Of a stretch of 64,000 nt of DNA, positions 62,220 to 64,000 are shown in pieces. The DNA lies in NCBI RefSeq assembly GCF_964194025.1, contig NC_134472.1, positions 13,640,001 through 13,704,000 of the forward strand, given 5' to 3'. The notes under the pieces are model-generated. The model saw only the letters and a program-made list of their open reading frames with translations. It made no database searches and was not told the origin of the DNA. The translations under genes were made by a program, and so were the position numbers. How positions within the stretch are numbered: position 1 is the stretch's first letter; the number at the start of each line of letters is the position of its first letter. The stretch is from Convolutriloba macropyga. Lineage: Eukaryota.

Positions 62220-62885
62220 CCTCTAGGCTTTTCTTCTATTTTTTGGCATAGTTTATAGGGATAATTGAATTGTTTTCAATATTCTACTGTCACGAGTTTT
62301 TTGATCAAATTATTTTTTTTCTCAAATTCTGAAAATTTTATCACATTCCGAGGCATCGGTGTTATTTCAACATTTTAGAACCATGAAATTTAATCAATTT
62401 AGCATTAAATTTTAGTTTTTTAGGGCTTGAAATTGGGTTACTTGATAGTCTCTCGAAATAATGAATTGTCTCTGAGGAAAATGATATGACAAATTTTAAC
62501 AGCATCTCATTTAAGTTTGCAATTGTGTAGTTGTGTGGCCAATCTTTAATGGCCAATAAACCTCTTCCAAGGTTTGTGCGCAGGTTAATGGGTATATTTA
62601 AATTGATCAATTTTGTCTTTCAGGGTAAAAGTTTCAAGAGTTCTAGCAATGATTATTCGTTTATGTTGTTTAATTGCTCTTGAACGAAGTTCATAGCAAT
62701 TATTGTAAACGTGTGTGTCTTTTTTCTATGCAAATATTTCGCTTGAAAATTTTGTGCTTTTCTGGAACACTTTTAGACTTCTCAAGTGACTTCACGCTTT
62801 CGTTCTTCATTTTTGAGTGATATCTATTGCTCCGAAGTAAAGCGTGTTGCTAGTATAAAATCCGTTGTAGAATAGCAGAGGTAAG

Positions 62886-62968
62886 TGATTTGTAGCGCAG
62901 TAGTTAGTGCGTGTGGCTGTGGATCGGGAGGTCAGTGGTTCGAACCCCGGCAGGGGAAAGGTTTTTTT
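62886..62968 (+). pseudogene. tRNA-derived sequence (pseudo-tRNA or SINE head, His-GTG-like loop) followed by an oligo-T tract
   Basis: A box TAGCGCAGTAG, D stem GCGC/GTGC, loop CTGTGGA, B box GGTTCGAACCC, TTTTTTT at 62962. Acceptor and anticodon stems do not pair. Confidence 0.6.
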
Positions 62969-64000
62969 CTACCCATGAAGAAAAATTGATTTAGGGTACC
63001 GCCCCTGAGTTAAATTGCCTCGCCTGTCATTTCTTCCGACATTTGTCGGTTTGTTTGATTATTTTGGTTTCTCAACTTTTGAGATTGTCTTTTTGGCTAG
63101 CATTGTTCAATTGATCTGCTGGTCAGGTACAGTGGATCTAATTTTTCATTCGATTTTTTGAATTGCAATTCAGGACCTGTCCCGCTATGTTTTATTATTT
63201 CGTCGTCAATATATTTTTTACGACCCTATGACGTCACAACCAATTCAAATCTACAAATTGTTCATTTTTTGATGCTAGTTCATCTGAAGGGCGTGCGTGA
63301 CGTCATTTCTCATTATTGGTGGTATTGGAGCTGAGCTCGCTAAGCTTGCGTAGGCGAGAAAATAGAAACAAAACACTTTCTGTTATCCTAGTCATTTAGT
63401 AGTTATAGTTATAGTTCTAGTTACAGTTTGTCACGTGATAAAAGAGAAAAAAGGGGAAATAACAAAGGCAACACTCAGATCTAAACGTAGCAGCCGCAGA
63501 AAACGGTTGTTACAACCCCAACTTCTGGTATTCTCAACTTGTGAGTACAAACAGCAAAGGCCAACTTAAGTTTAATTTTAAATATTTTTGCACAAACAGG
63601 TCTTAGACATATATCTTTGTCTTCGATTTGTTTTTTCTATTGGATTGAACTGGTATACATAAAGAGATCCCGTATTGTGTGATCTCCAGCAATCCCGTTC
63701 AAATTGATAGTTGAAAAAAACTTAGATTAGCCAATAGTTACGAACTGAATTTGTAATGCAACGGTAAGAACATAGCGGATATAGTTACAAAAGCGAACTG
63801 CAAAAACAAAATATCCGGACAGATTTTGAACCGCTAAAATGAACTGGGCGGTGTAAAGCTTTCCTTGTCAATTGTGGGAGAGCAGCCGTTACATTTGGTC
63901 CGCCGACCCGGACAGTGCAATAAACTGCTGTCCAACCCAACAGTCGAAGTGACGAAGTCATCGACGAACGAGAACAAAACCCAACGAGCAATTCAACAAC

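Noticed and set aside
62886-62968. Functional tRNA-His (and functional tRNA-Asp at 13918-13990)
   Set aside because: Acceptor, anticodon or T stems fail to pair; only the A and B boxes are retained.

Overview
AT-rich eukaryotic scaffold with three N gaps, most likely from an invertebrate animal; the species cannot be determined from this window. (1) 1-11695: the right part of a decayed Polinton/Maverick-type endogenous DNA virus. It carries small, mostly minus-strand accessory ORFs (several PC4/ssDNA-binding-like, one C2H2), a frameshifted zinc-finger-fused protein-primed family B polymerase with a Vsr-like nuclease insertion, and a repeat-rich terminal region. The canonical ...ACTACT end reappears once a nested MITE is removed. 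(2) 10724-14679: non-autonomous DNA transposons sharing a CCCAGGTYGAGGT terminus but with different subterminal repeats. (3) ~17720-19270: a decayed partial copy of rotatin and its upstream region. (4) ~19450-45950: a ~26 kb macrosatellite of about 22 diverged ~1.2 kb monomers, with layered recent duplications and a sub-array invaded by (ATT)n. (5) 46206-47900: an L2/CR1 LINE relic, then a palindromic MITE. (6) 48716-55105: an intact rotatin (RTTN) gene whose CDS has no introns. (7) 55557-61131+: a gene with two paralogous ~270-280-codon 5' exons, both phase-compatible with one shared downstream exon that begins a putative HxE dioxygenase-like domain. All protein family assignments come from motifs recognised by eye; no searches were run.
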